Source: Pseudomonadota bacterium (GTDB lineage: Bacteria > Pseudomonadota > Gammaproteobacteria > SURF-13). From it: 64,000 nt of DNA. Location: contig JBGFRC010000001.1 of assembly GCA_041695325.1 (NCBI GenBank), positions 7,686-71,685 of the forward strand, read 5' to 3'. Position numbers and translations under genes: made by a program. The stretch's first letter is position 1. Every line of letters begins with the position of its first letter. Below the pieces are notes generated by a model that saw nothing but the letters and a program-made list of their open reading frames with translations, was not told the DNA's origin and searched no databases. This document shows positions 53,038-62,893 of the stretch, in pieces.

Positions 53038-55390
53038 AGCCGACACCTGCCGCAAATTCGTTGTCCCGAAACTCCAGGCCGCCGGGTGGGACAACGAGCC
53101 GCATTCGATCGCGGAGCAGCGCACCATCACCGACGGGCGCATCGTGCCGGTCGGCAAGGGTTTTATCCGCAAGCTGCCCAAACGCGTAGACTACCTGTTG
53201 CGCTATACACGCGATTTCCCGCTTGCCGTTGTCGAAGCCAAGGCCAGCTATAAATCCGCTGCGGACGGGATGCAGCAGGCCAAGGATTATGCCGAAATTC
53301 TGGGTCTCAAGTTCGCCTACGCCACGAACGGCCGCGACATCATCGAATTCGATCACTTCACGGGACGCGAAACGTCGTTGGCGGACTACCCGCCGCCGGC
53401 GGAGTTGTGGCGGCGCTACCGTACCGGCAGCAGGATCAAGGACGACAAAACCGCTGAACGCCTGCTTGCGCCCTTCAACCACGAGGTCGGCAAGGGTGAG
53501 CGTTACTACCAGCAAATCGCCGTCAACCGCACCGTCGAGGCAATTCTCAAAGGGCAGCGGCGTCTGCTCATCACCATGGCCACGGGCACGGGTAAAACCG
53601 TGGTGGCTTTTCAAATTTGCTGGAAGCTATGGAATGCCCGCTGGAACCGAACTGGCGATTATCGCCGGCCACGCATCCTGTATCTCGCCGACCGCAATAT
53701 TCTCATTGACCAGCCGAAGGACGGCATCTTCGCCGCCTTCGGCGACGCGCGCTACAAGATCGAGTCCGGCGAGGTGGTGAAAAGCCGCGAGATGTACTTC
53801 GCCATCTATCAGGCGCTCGCGGAAGATGAGAGGCGCGCCGGTCTGTTCAAGGAATACTCGCCCGATTACTTCGACCTCGTTATCGTGGATGAATGCCACC
53901 GCGGCAGTGCCCGCGACGACAGCGCTTGGCGCAGCATCCTCGACTACTTCCAACCCGCCGTGCAACTCGGCATGACCGCCACGCCTCTGCGCGAAGAAAG
54001 CCGCGATACCTATCTCTATTTCGGCAACCCGATATACGAGTATAGCCTGCGCCAAGGCATTGACGACGGCTTCCTGGCCCCTTACCGCGTACATCGGGTC
54101 ATCACCGAATGGGACGCCGCCGGCTGGCGCCCGAACAAGGTCGATCTTGATCGTTACGGACGCCCGATTCCCGATGACGAATACCAGACCAAGGACTTCG
54201 AGCGGGCGGTGGCATTGCGGGCTCGTACCGAAACCATCGCACGCCATCTCACCGAGTTTCTAAAGAAAACCGACCGTTTCGCCAAGACCATCGTTTTCTG
54301 CGTGGACCAGGAACACGCCAGCGAAATGCGAAAGGCTTTGACCAATCTGAACAGCGATCTCGCCGCCAGGCACCCGGATTACGTCTGCCGCGTCACCGCC
54401 GACGAGGGCGATATCGGACGCGGCCATCTCGGCCGCTTTCAGGACGTGGATACCCAGACGCCGGCAATCCTCACGACCTCGCAACTGCTCACGACCGGCG
54501 TGGATGCACCGACCTGCAAGAACGTCGTGCTCGCCCGGGTGGTGGGCTCGATGGCCGAATTCAAGCAGATCATCGGCCGGGGCACGCGCGTGCGTGACGA
54601 TTACAACAAGCTCTGGTTCAACATTCTCGATTACACCGGCTCGGCGACTCGCCTGTTTGCCGACCCGGCGTTCGACGGCGATCCGGTGAAGCTGACGGAG
54701 GAGGAGTTGCTGGCGGGCGGCGAGAGCAGGATCCTCACCAAAACCGGCATCGAAACAGAAGCTGGAGTGGCGGAACCCGAGGGGCCTTATGTGGTGGAGC
54801 CCCCGGAAGAAGAGCGCCGGAAATATTATTTTGACGGCGGTTCGGTCGAGATTGCGGCCCATCTCGTCTATGAGCTGGACCCGGACGGCAAGCAACTGCG
54901 CGTCGTGCGCTATACCGACTATGCGGCCGAGAAGGTGCGCACGCTTTGCCCCACGGCCCGCGAGTTGCGTGAAAAATGGGCCGATCCGGCACAACGCTCC
55001 GAGATCATTCAGGCCCTCGAAGAGCGGGGCGTCAGCTTCATGGAGCTGGCGGAACAGGCGAAGATGCCCGAGGCCGACCCCTTCGACCTGCTCTGTCATC
55101 TCGCCTTCAACGCGCCGCTGCGCACGCGCCGCGAGCGCGCCCAGCGCCTGAAGAGCGAGCGCAAGGACTTCTTCGAGCAATACGGACCCGAAGCCAGCCA
55201 GATTCTGGAAGAGCTGCTGGAAAAATATGCCGAGCACGGCAATGCCCAGTTCCTGCTGCCGGACGTACTGCACGTCCCGCCCATCTCGTCGCATGGCACG
55301 GTGCGCGAAATCAGCGCCGCTTTCGGCGGTCCCGAGAAACTTCGGCAGGCCGTGAACGACCTGCAAAACCTGCTGTACGCCGCATCGTGA
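53027..55390 (+). CDS. hsdR: type I restriction enzyme R subunit
   Basis: N-terminal restriction domain; helicase motifs MATGTGKT and DECHRG; 787 aa. Confidence 0.9.
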   Translation: MPTEADTCRKFVVPKLQAAGWDNEPHSIAEQRTITDGRIVPVGKGFIRKLPKRVDYLLRYTRDFPLAVVEAKASYKSAADGMQQAKDYAEILGLKFAYATNGRDIIEFDHFTGRETSLADYPPPAELWRRYRTGSRIKDDKTAERLLAPFNHEVGKGERYYQQIAVNRTVEAILKGQRRLLITMATGTGKTVVAFQICWKLWNARWNRTGDYRRPRILYLADRNILIDQPKDGIFAAFGDARYKIESGEVVKSREMYFAIYQALAEDERRAGLFKEYSPDYFDLVIVDECHRGSARDDSAWRSILDYFQPAVQLGMTATPLREESRDTYLYFGNPIYEYSLRQGIDDGFLAPYRVHRVITEWDAAGWRPNKVDLDRYGRPIPDDEYQTKDFERAVALRARTETIARHLTEFLKKTDRFAKTIVFCVDQEHASEMRKALTNLNSDLAARHPDYVCRVTADEGDIGRGHLGRFQDVDTQTPAILTTSQLLTTGVDAPTCKNVVLARVVGSMAEFKQIIGRGTRVRDDYNKLWFNILDYTGSATRLFADPAFDGDPVKLTEEELLAGGESRILTKTGIETEAGVAEPEGPYVVEPPEEERRKYYFDGGSVEIAAHLVYELDPDGKQLRVVRYTDYAAEKVRTLCPTARELREKWADPAQRSEIIQALEERGVSFMELAEQAKMPEADPFDLLCHLAFNAPLRTRRERAQRLKSERKDFFEQYGPEASQILEELLEKYAEHGNAQFLLPDVLHVPPISSHGTVREISAAFGGPEKLRQAVNDLQNLLYAAS

Positions 55391-55412
55391 AACGAGACAG
55401 CAAAGACACCCC

Positions 55413-55507
55413 TGGATTGCTTCGCGGCCTTCGGCCGTTCGCAATGACGGCGACGGCGGGTGCAACCTATCGTCATTGCGAGCGCCCACAGGGCGCGAAG
55501 CAATCCA
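55413..55507. repeat. nested palindromic ~95-bp element, left flank of the GIY-YIG gene
   Basis: Outer arms tggattgcttcgcg / cgcgaagcaatcca and inner arms cgcaatgacg / cgtcattgcg. A second copy lies at 55839-55942. Confidence 0.7.
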
Positions 55508-55548
55508 GTAGTCAATGAGTATTGGCAACACGAAATCCTCCAGAGCCC

Positions 55549-55836
55549 ATGAAACAACCCTGCGTCTACATCATGGCAAACAAACGAAACGGCACGTTAT
55601 ATACGGGCGTTACGTCAAACCTTGTACAACGCGTCCACCAACACAAGGAAGGGGTGGTGGAGGGGTTTACCAGCAAGTACGACTGCAAAATGCTTGTCTG
55701 GTACGAGCCGCACGAAACGATGGAAAGCGCCATCCAGCGGGAGAAACAGATCAAAGGGGGAAGTCGTGCAAAAAAGCTGGCGCGGATTGAGGCCGCAAAT
55801 CCAGCATGGCGGGATTTGTATGGCGACATCGTATAG
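55549..55836 (+). CDS. GIY-YIG nuclease family protein (UPF0213/COG2827 type)
   Basis: MKQPCVYIMANKRNGTLYTGVTSNLVQRVHQHKEG...EREKQIKG..., the GIY-YIG motif; ~95 aa. Confidence 0.85.
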   Translation: MKQPCVYIMANKRNGTLYTGVTSNLVQRVHQHKEGVVEGFTSKYDCKMLVWYEPHETMESAIQREKQIKGGSRAKKLARIEAANPAWRDLYGDIV

Positions 55837-55838
55837 CC

Positions 55839-55942
55839 TGGATTGCTTCGCGCCCTTCGGTCGCTCGCAATGACGAGGCCGCATCAGCGGTGGCGTCATT
55901 GCGAGGAGGGCGGAGCCCGACGAAGCAATCCAGAATCAGCCC
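55839..55942. repeat. nested palindromic ~100-bp element, right flank of the GIY-YIG gene
   Basis: Same arms as 55413-55507 (tggattgcttcgcg...cgcaatgacg...cgtcattgcg...cgaagcaatcca). Begins 2 nt after the GIY-YIG stop. Confidence 0.7.
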
Positions 55943-55995
55943 GGAAGTCCCCGAGAAACCACCACACGACGACATAAAACGAGAGAGCACGCGTA

Positions 55996-57546
55996 ATGCC
56001 ACGTAACAGGAAGACAAAGGCGGACAAGCCGCTCACCACCGCCCAATCGCTCGGCAGCCTGCTCAAGTCCGCGCGCGACATTATGCGCAAGGACAAGGGC
56101 CTGAACGGCGATCTCGACCGCCTGCCGATGCTCACCTGGATCATGTTCCTCAAGTTTCTGGACGACTTGGAGCTTCAGCGGGAGGAAGAGGCGAAGCTAG
56201 CGGGTACCCGGTTCAAGGCCGCTGTCGAAAAACCGTATCGCTGGCGCGACTGGGGCGCGAAGCCGGACGGCATCACCGGCGACGAGCTGCTCGCCTTCAT
56301 CAATCAGGATAAGAGTCGCCGCCCTGACGGCAGCAGGGGACCGGGTCTGTTCGCCTATCTGCGCGGTCTGACCAGCTCCAACGGCGACAACCGCCGCGAC
56401 GTGATCGCGACCGTATTCAAAGGCGTGGATAACCGCATGAAGAGCGGTTACCTGCTGCGCGACGTTATCAACAAGGTCAACGGCATCCATTTCACGGCCA
56501 GCGACGAACTGCACACGCTCGGCTCGCTCTACGAATCCATGCTGCGCGAGATGCGCGACGCCGCGGGCGACTCCGGCGAGTTCTATACACCGCGTCCGGT
56601 GGTGCGCTTCATGGTCGAGGCGGTCAATCCTCGGCTCGACGAAACCGTGCTCGACCCGGCTTGCGGCACCGGTGGCTTTCTGGTCGAGGCGTTCAATCAC
56701 CTGAGCCAACAGGTGGAAACTGTCGCCGGCCGCAAACTGCTTCAGGGCAGGTCTCTTTATGGTTTTGAGCCCAAGCCGCTGCCGTATCTGCTCGCACAGA
56801 TGAACCTGTTATTGCACGGCCTCGATGCCCCGCAGATTGACCCCGGCAACGCGCTGCGCTTCAAGCTCACCGAGATCGGCGAGAAGAACCGCGTGTACGT
56901 GATCCTTACCAACCCGCCCTTCGGCGGAGAGGAGGAAAAGGGTATTCAGGACAACTTCCCCGAGAATCGGCAGACCGCCGAAACTGCACTGCTGTTTCTT
57001 CAGCTCATTATGCGCCGGCTGCATCGTGCGCCGGGGAAATCCGGCTATGCCCGTGCGGCGGTGGTCGTACCCAACGGCACGCTTTTCGGCGACGGTGTCT
57101 GCGCCCGCATCAAGGAAGAACTGCTCAAGGATTTCAACCTGCACACCATCGTGCGCCTGCCGAACGGCGTATTCGCGCCGTACACGAGCATCCCGACCAA
57201 CATCCTGTTCTTCGACCGTTCCGGCCCGACGAAAGACGTGTGGTACTACGAGCAACCCTTGCCCGAGGGTCGTAAGAACTACACCAAAACCCAGGCGATT
57301 CAGTTTGAGGAATTCAAACCTTGCCTTGAATGGTGGAAGAAGCGCGAGGAAAACGATCGCGCCTGGAAGGTGAGCGCCGAAGAATTGCTCGCTAACAACT
57401 GCAACCTCGACCGCAAGAACCCACGCGGCAAGGTGGACTTCGAGCACCTGCCACCGGAACAGCTCGCCGATGACATCCTGAAGAAGGAACAGCGTATCGC
57501 CGAGATCATGACTGAAATCAAGACTATGTTGGCGCAGAAGGTGTGA
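55996..57546 (+). CDS. hsdM: type I restriction-modification N6-adenine DNA methyltransferase subunit M
   Basis: NPPFGG catalytic motif and HsdM N-terminal domain; 516 aa. Confidence 0.95.
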   Translation: MPRNRKTKADKPLTTAQSLGSLLKSARDIMRKDKGLNGDLDRLPMLTWIMFLKFLDDLELQREEEAKLAGTRFKAAVEKPYRWRDWGAKPDGITGDELLAFINQDKSRRPDGSRGPGLFAYLRGLTSSNGDNRRDVIATVFKGVDNRMKSGYLLRDVINKVNGIHFTASDELHTLGSLYESMLREMRDAAGDSGEFYTPRPVVRFMVEAVNPRLDETVLDPACGTGGFLVEAFNHLSQQVETVAGRKLLQGRSLYGFEPKPLPYLLAQMNLLLHGLDAPQIDPGNALRFKLTEIGEKNRVYVILTNPPFGGEEEKGIQDNFPENRQTAETALLFLQLIMRRLHRAPGKSGYARAAVVVPNGTLFGDGVCARIKEELLKDFNLHTIVRLPNGVFAPYTSIPTNILFFDRSGPTKDVWYYEQPLPEGRKNYTKTQAIQFEEFKPCLEWWKKREENDRAWKVSAEELLANNCNLDRKNPRGKVDFEHLPPEQLADDILKKEQRIAEIMTEIKTMLAQKV

Positions 57547-57548
57547 GA

Positions 57549-58721
57549 ATGGCGTGGCCGAATGTGACGCTAAGAGAAGTTTTGACGCCGATCGAACGTC
57601 CTGAGTCACCGCTGCCAGGCACGGCCTACCGCCAGCTCGGAGTAAAGCTGTGGGGCGAAGGCGCTTATGAGCGCGAGACCATTGACGGCGCTGCCACGAA
57701 ATACTCGACGCTTTCCCGCATAGAAGCAGATGACGTTGTGGTCAACAAGATTTGGGCACGCAGCGGCAGCGTCGCGGTAGTGCAGTTTCCGCTTGCTGGA
57801 TGCTACGTCAGCGGAGAATTTCCGACGTTCACTGTGAATCCCGCGAAGTTGTCGCCGCGCTGGATGCATTGGCTGACCAAGACGCCGAACTTCTGGTTGC
57901 AGTGCGACGAGAAGTCACGGGGCACAAGTGGAAAGAACCGCATCAAGCCTGAGCAGTTCCTGAGTGTCGAAATCCCCCTGCCGCCGCTGGCCGAACAGCG
58001 GCGCATCGTGGCGCGCATCGAAGCCCTGTCAGCCAAAATCGCCGAAGTCCGCTCCTTTCGCCAAGAGAGTGTGGAGGAAGGAGAGCGTTTGCTCATTTGT
58101 ATGGCCCATAGACGTGACCTAGACGACAACGCAAAGCAGCGCTCTGGATGGCGTCGCCTTAAACTTCGTGAGTGCATTCAGCTCGTTGACGACTCATGCA
58201 GTGTAGAGGCCGATAAGAGCTATCCAAATCTTGGTATCTACAGTTTTGGCCGAGGGCTTTTTCACAAACCCCCGATCGAGGGCATTTCAACCGCGGCCAA
58301 AACATTGCGGCGCGTGCATCGGGGGCAGTTTATCTACAGTCGCCTGTTCGCATTTGAGGGTGCCTACGGTATGGTGTCCGATGAATTCGATAGGCATTTT
58401 GTCTCCGGTGAGTATCCAACGTTCGAATGCAAGCGGGACTTGATTCGTGCGGAATTTCTGGCCGCATATTTCAGGTCAGCAGAGGTGTGGAGGAGCGTGG
58501 CTATAGGTAGTAAGGGCTTGGGCGATCGTCGCCAGCGCGTACAACCGGACCAAGTGCTCGGTTCAGATATCTGGCTGCCGCCAATTGCTTTACAAAATCA
58601 GCTTGCTGAGTCCCAGGCCAAGGTCGATGCGCTCAAACACCTACAGTCCGAATCCGCCGCCGAACTCGATGCCATGCTGCCCGCCATCCTCGACTGCGCG
58701 CTTAAGGGAGAACTGTCATGA
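57549..58721 (+). CDS. hsdS: type I restriction-modification specificity subunit S
   Basis: Two target-recognition domains separated by conserved helical spacers; start overlaps the hsdM stop. Confidence 0.85.
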   Translation: MAWPNVTLREVLTPIERPESPLPGTAYRQLGVKLWGEGAYERETIDGAATKYSTLSRIEADDVVVNKIWARSGSVAVVQFPLAGCYVSGEFPTFTVNPAKLSPRWMHWLTKTPNFWLQCDEKSRGTSGKNRIKPEQFLSVEIPLPPLAEQRRIVARIEALSAKIAEVRSFRQESVEEGERLLICMAHRRDLDDNAKQRSGWRRLKLRECIQLVDDSCSVEADKSYPNLGIYSFGRGLFHKPPIEGISTAAKTLRRVHRGQFIYSRLFAFEGAYGMVSDEFDRHFVSGEYPTFECKRDLIRAEFLAAYFRSAEVWRSVAIGSKGLGDRRQRVQPDQVLGSDIWLPPIALQNQLAESQAKVDALKHLQSESAAELDAMLPAILDCALKGELS

Positions 58722-58879
58722 GCAATATGGATACATTGCGGCTTTACGCCGAAGGCAAGGTCTTTGTGGAAGGGCGATTCTACCTTCGGGAAACGATTAG
58801 GCTTCTTGACAGGGGATGGCAATACCGTTGGCATCCAGATAGCGGAGACCGCCGACGTTCACAGCTTTTCGCAGACCGC

Positions 58880-59056
58880 GTACGACAAAGGACCGCAAGC
58901 GGCGCTCGCTGTCTGGCGCGCCCTGCCGCTGGGCCAACAAGCCGCCATCATCGGGCGCGTGACGGCACCCCGCCGCGCGCAACCCTGGAAACCCCCATCG
59001 GCGGCAGACGCACCCTGGAAGAACTGGAAGATGACCCCCTGCCGCGCATTTGCTAA
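58880..59056 (+). pseudogene. degenerate, frameshifted duplicate of the hypE 3' end
   Basis: About 85% nucleotide identity to 51565-51731. It encodes ...QAALAVWRALPLGQQAAIIG... then, after a 1-nt frameshift, ...IGGRRTLEELEDDPLPRIC-stop, mirroring the HypE C-terminus. Confidence 0.7.
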
Positions 59057-59122
59057 AAACCTTACATACAAGGCCCGTATCAATATCCCGCTCGATTATT
59101 CTTCGCGCTTTAGGTATCCCGC

Positions 59123-59896
59123 ATGTTCTGGAGTTTAAAATCCTGGCGGCGTCGCCGTATTTTGAAGCGCCGCTCGTTACCGGATGGTATATGGCGGCGC
59201 GTGCTGGAGCGGCTTGTCTTTCTGCAAGACTTGACTCAAGAGGAGCTTGGCCGGTTGCGCGCTTGGGTTGTGCTGTTTTTGCATGATAAGAAATTCAGTA
59301 CGGCGGGCGGACTGGCGCTCACCGACGAAATGCGCGTGATGATTGCGGCGCAGGCCTGTATTCTGATTCTGAATCTCGACCTTGACTATTACGACGACTG
59401 GGTGGAAATCATCGTCTACCCGGATGAATTTATTCCCGATCATGAATACGAGGACGAAACGGGCGTCGTGCATCGTGTGCACGATCCGCTCAGCGGTGAA
59501 TCGTGGCCTCATGGGCCGGTCATTCTGTCGTGGGCGGACGCCGCCGGCCGCGGGGCGGCACCGGGCTATAGCGTGGTGATACACGAATTCGCCCACAAGC
59601 TCGATATGCGCAACGGCGAGGCCAATGGCTTTCCGCAGTTACATGCGGAGATGAGCCGGCCGGCCTGGAGCGCTGCATTCGGCGCGGCTTACGCCGATTT
59701 TTGCATGAAGGTGGATGCAGGCGATGAGACGGAGATTGACCCCTACGCCGCGGAAAGTCCGGCGGAGTTCTTCGCGGTCGTGAGTGAAGCATTCTTCACC
59801 ATCCCGCACAGCGTGCAGCAAATGTATCCGGCGGTTTACCGGCAATTGGCGCTCTTTTACCGCCAAGATACTCTGGCGAGGCGCGGCAACCAATAA
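59123..59896 (+). CDS. mtfA: M90-family zinc metallopeptidase (MtfA-like)
   Basis: HEFAHKLD zinc motif and MtfA-like length (257 aa). Confidence 0.8.
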   Translation: MFWSLKSWRRRRILKRRSLPDGIWRRVLERLVFLQDLTQEELGRLRAWVVLFLHDKKFSTAGGLALTDEMRVMIAAQACILILNLDLDYYDDWVEIIVYPDEFIPDHEYEDETGVVHRVHDPLSGESWPHGPVILSWADAAGRGAAPGYSVVIHEFAHKLDMRNGEANGFPQLHAEMSRPAWSAAFGAAYADFCMKVDAGDETEIDPYAAESPAEFFAVVSEAFFTIPHSVQQMYPAVYRQLALFYRQDTLARRGNQ

Positions 59897-59922
59897 ACGA
59901 ATGAGGCCAGCCAGCCGTACTA

Positions 59923-60162
59923 CCAGTTTGTTGAAAAAGGCCGTCCTGGCCTTTTTCAACTCGCTTCGGCGCGGCACATGTCCGCGCCTCGCTCCGAAAA
60001 TCAAACACTTGCGTGTTTGATTTTCGATGCGGCACTTTTCCGCTGCGCCGTCCCGGCTCCGCGGAAAAGTCCAGGGCGCACGTCCTGTGCGCCCGTTCGC
60101 CATGCCACCGGCATGGCTCACCCCTGTGGCGCCTGGCAGTTCGTTTTTCAACGAACCGCTAC
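59923..60162 (-). repeat. ~240-bp multi-hairpin intergenic repeat element, copy B (inverted relative to copy A)
   Basis: Its reverse complement aligns at about 95% identity with 15486-15723, including all internal palindromes. Confidence 0.8.
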
Positions 60163-61199
60163 TCTTCGCGCGCTCCGACCATACGGCGTGCCGCCAGGGT
60201 CACGGCTTCGGCGTTGGGGATGGAGGCGGCCTCCAGAGCGCCGTTGTAGGGCGTGGGCACGTCCGCGCCCGCGGCGCGCGCGATGGGCGCATCGAGTTCA
60301 TAAAACGCCGCCTCTTGCAGCGCCGCCACGATCTCCGCCCCGGCGCCGGCGAATTTGCAGTCCTCTTCCACCACGATGGCGCGGTGGGTCTTTTTGAGGG
60401 AGGCGACGAGCAACGGCAAATCTATGGGCTTCAAGCTTCTCAAATCAATCACCTCCGCTGAAATGTCGTCTTCGCTGGCGAGCACGTCGGCGGCCTGCAG
60501 GCACACATCCACCATGCGATGCCAGGCGATGAGGGTGACGTGCGCGCCCGCGCGGCGCACGGCGGCGCTGTGCAGGGGCGGGGCTTCGGCGTGAACGTTG
60601 AATGGGTCTTTCTTGAAATAGAGCAGCTCATGCTCCAGCACGATGATGGGATCGTCTTCGCGTATGGCTTGGGTCAACTGCCAGTAGGAATCCTGCGCCG
60701 TGCCGGGCGCCACGATGCGCAGTCCCGGCACGTTCATCAGGGTGTGCTCCAGGCGCTGCGAGTGCTGGGCGGCGAGTTGTCTCGCGACGCCGCCGGGCAT
60801 GCGCACCACCAGCGGCACGCGCAGTTTTCCGCCAGACATGTAGCGCAGCTTGGCGGCCATGTTGATGATGGCGTCCAGGGCGAGCAGCGCGAAGTTGACG
60901 GTCATGATCTCGATCACCGGGCGCCCGCCCACCAGCGCCGCGCCCACGCCGAGGCCGGTAAAGCTGTTTTCCGAGATCGGGGTGTCGCGCACGCGCCATT
61001 CACCGTACTTGGCGTATAGGCCCTGCGTCACGCGATAGCTGCCGCCGTACAGGCCGACGTCCTCGCCCATGATGAACACCGCCTCGTCCGCGGCCAAGGC
61101 CTGATCGAGCGCGATGTTGAGCGCCTCCCACACCATGAGCTCGGAGCGCGCCTTGGCGGGCGCGATGAGACCGGCGCTTTCCTGAGCGGCGTGTTTCAC
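60159..61199 (-). CDS. 2-oxoacid (pyruvate/acetoin) dehydrogenase E1 component beta subunit
   Basis: Transketolase-like pyrimidine-binding and C-terminal domains; ATGA-coupled to the upstream alpha subunit gene. Confidence 0.9.
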   Translation of the reverse strand: MKHAAQESAGLIAPAKARSELMVWEALNIALDQALAADEAVFIMGEDVGLYGGSYRVTQGLYAKYGEWRVRDTPISENSFTGLGVGAALVGGRPVIEIMTVNFALLALDAIINMAAKLRYMSGGKLRVPLVVRMPGGVARQLAAQHSQRLEHTLMNVPGLRIVAPGTAQDSYWQLTQAIREDDPIIVLEHELLYFKKDPFNVHAEAPPLHSAAVRRAGAHVTLIAWHRMVDVCLQAADVLASEDDISAEVIDLRSLKPIDLPLLVASLKKTHRAIVVEEDCKFAGAGAEIVAALQEAAFYELDAPIARAAGADVPTPYNGALEAASIPNAEAVTLAARRMVGAREE

Positions 61200-62173
61200 G
61201 GGCGGCCCTGGTAGAGATTGAGCGGCCGCCGGTAAACGCCATAGTAAAGATCTTCCGGCGCGGGGCCTTGCTCGGCGAAGCGTATCGCTTCCTCGACTAC
61301 GGCGTGCGCCTTCTGGTGCAGGGTTTCGATGTCCTCTTCACTGATCCAGTTATTTTCCAGCGCCCGGTTGCGCAGATTGAGCAGCGGGTCGCGCGCCTTG
61401 AGCTCGGCGACTTCCAGCGCCGAACGGTAGTCTCCGCCGTCGGCCATGGAATGGCCGCGGAAGCGGTAGGTATCGCACTCCAGAAGAAACGGGCCGTTGC
61501 CGCCGCGCACGTGTTGCACAGCGTCACGCGCAGCCTCATACACCACGAGTACATCCATGCCGTCCACGCGCCTGCCCGGCACGCCGTTGCCGCAACCGCG
61601 CTTGTACACCTCGACCACCGCGGCCTGGCGGTGCACCTCGGTGCCGATCTGATAGTGATTGTTCTCGCAGATGAACAGCACCGGCAATTTCCACAGCGCC
61701 GCCATGTTGAGCGACTCGTGAAACGTGCCCTGGTTGGCCGCGCCCTCGCCGAAAAAGCACAGCACCACGTCCGGAGAACGGTTCATCGCCAGCCAATAGC
61801 CAACGCCGATGGCCACCGGAAACGTCTCACCCACAATGGCGTAGCCGCCAAGGAAGCGATGCTCGGCGCTGAACAGATGCATGGAGCCGCCGTAACCGCC
61901 GGAGCAACCGGTGGCGCGCCCGAACATCTCCGCCATGATGGCGCCGGGCGGAACGCCGCGCATCAAGGCGTGCACGTGCTCGCGGTAGGTGCTGACCGCG
62001 TAGTCGCCCGGCTCCGCCGCGCGCAGGCTGCCCACCGCCACCGCCTCTTCCCCGGGGTAGAGGTGCAGGAAGCCGCCGACCTTACCCTGGGTATACTGTT
62101 CCGCCGCGGCCTCCTCGAAACGGCGCGCCAGAAGCATGTCGTAGAGAAACTGCCTGACCAGGTCCCTCTGCAC
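61196..62173 (-). CDS. 2-oxoacid dehydrogenase E1 component alpha subunit (TPP-dependent)
   Basis: TPP-binding region ...GGNGPFLLECDTYRFRGHS...; 325 aa. Confidence 0.9.
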   Translation of the reverse strand: MQRDLVRQFLYDMLLARRFEEAAAEQYTQGKVGGFLHLYPGEEAVAVGSLRAAEPGDYAVSTYREHVHALMRGVPPGAIMAEMFGRATGCSGGYGGSMHLFSAEHRFLGGYAIVGETFPVAIGVGYWLAMNRSPDVVLCFFGEGAANQGTFHESLNMAALWKLPVLFICENNHYQIGTEVHRQAAVVEVYKRGCGNGVPGRRVDGMDVLVVYEAARDAVQHVRGGNGPFLLECDTYRFRGHSMADGGDYRSALEVAELKARDPLLNLRNRALENNWISEEDIETLHQKAHAVVEEAIRFAEQGPAPEDLYYGVYRRPLNLYQGRP

Positions 62174-62250
62174 GGCACGCCCCCTGTTTTATCCGAAACG
62201 GGAGGAGCGCGCTGATTCTGCACCCCTCCCCATCTCGCCCAAGTTCAATT

Positions 62251-62748
62251 TTACTGAATCGCGATACTGTGACGCTTGGCCTTTTCCCGTTTGGGAATGG
62301 TCAACTCCAGCAAGCCGTCCTTGAATACTGCCTTGGCCCTGGCATCGTCCACCTCCGCCGGCAAGGCTATCGTGCGCGTAAACGCCCCGTGCATGATCTC
62401 ACAGCGGCAATACTCGCCCTTTTCCTCTTTTTCCTCGCGACGGGTGCAGCCCTTGATGGTGACGCTGTTCTCCGTCATGGACACATCCAGATCCTTCTTA
62501 TCCACGCCGGGAAGCTCCGCGCGCACCAGGATTTCATCGTCGCGGTCCACGACGTCCGCGCGCGGCGTCAGCTCGCCCGTCAAATCGCCCCACAGCGGCC
62601 GCGCCCAGCTTAAGGGCCGCATCCAGCCGCGTGGAAACATTCTTTCAAACATCTGTTCCATTTCCTCGAACGGGCTCATGATATGCATGGGGGCGGCCTT
62701 CTGCACCTCCTGCCCTTTGGCGGCAACTTGTTTCGTTTCGTTAGCCAT
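62251..62748 (-). CDS. Hsp20/alpha-crystallin family small heat-shock protein
   Basis: Alpha-crystallin domain ...VRAELPGVDKKDLDVSMTENSVTIKG...; start taken at the second ATG (MANETKQ), which has an AAGGAGGAA RBS. Confidence 0.88.
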   Translation of the reverse strand: MANETKQVAAKGQEVQKAAPMHIMSPFEEMEQMFERMFPRGWMRPLSWARPLWGDLTGELTPRADVVDRDDEILVRAELPGVDKKDLDVSMTENSVTIKGCTRREEKEEKGEYCRCEIMHGAFTRTIALPAEVDDARAKAVFKDGLLELTIPKREKAKRHSIAIQ

Positions 62749-62893
62749 GGTCTGTTCCTCCTTCATTTAGCGGGAAAATACCCGGTTACCACGCAACCTA
62801 ACGCGCAACCTTATATAAAATATTAAAAGGCTGCATCGTTCGCGCCTTGATATAGATCAATTTTCAGCGTGTCCGCCCCGCCGGCAAGAACCA

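Noticed and set aside
55096-56006. ORFs 55096..55557 minus, 55615..55899 minus and 55806..56006 plus around the GIY-YIG gene.
   Set aside because: Each is generated by the nested palindromic flanking repeats (translations such as HCERPKAAKQSR recur). No homology, and they overlap hsdR or GIY-YIG.
58718-59056. 112-aa ORF after hsdS ending in ...LEELEDDPLPRIC.
   Set aside because: Its 3' half is the frameshifted duplicate of the hypE terminus and its 5' half has no homology. It is a chimeric pseudo-ORF, not a gene.
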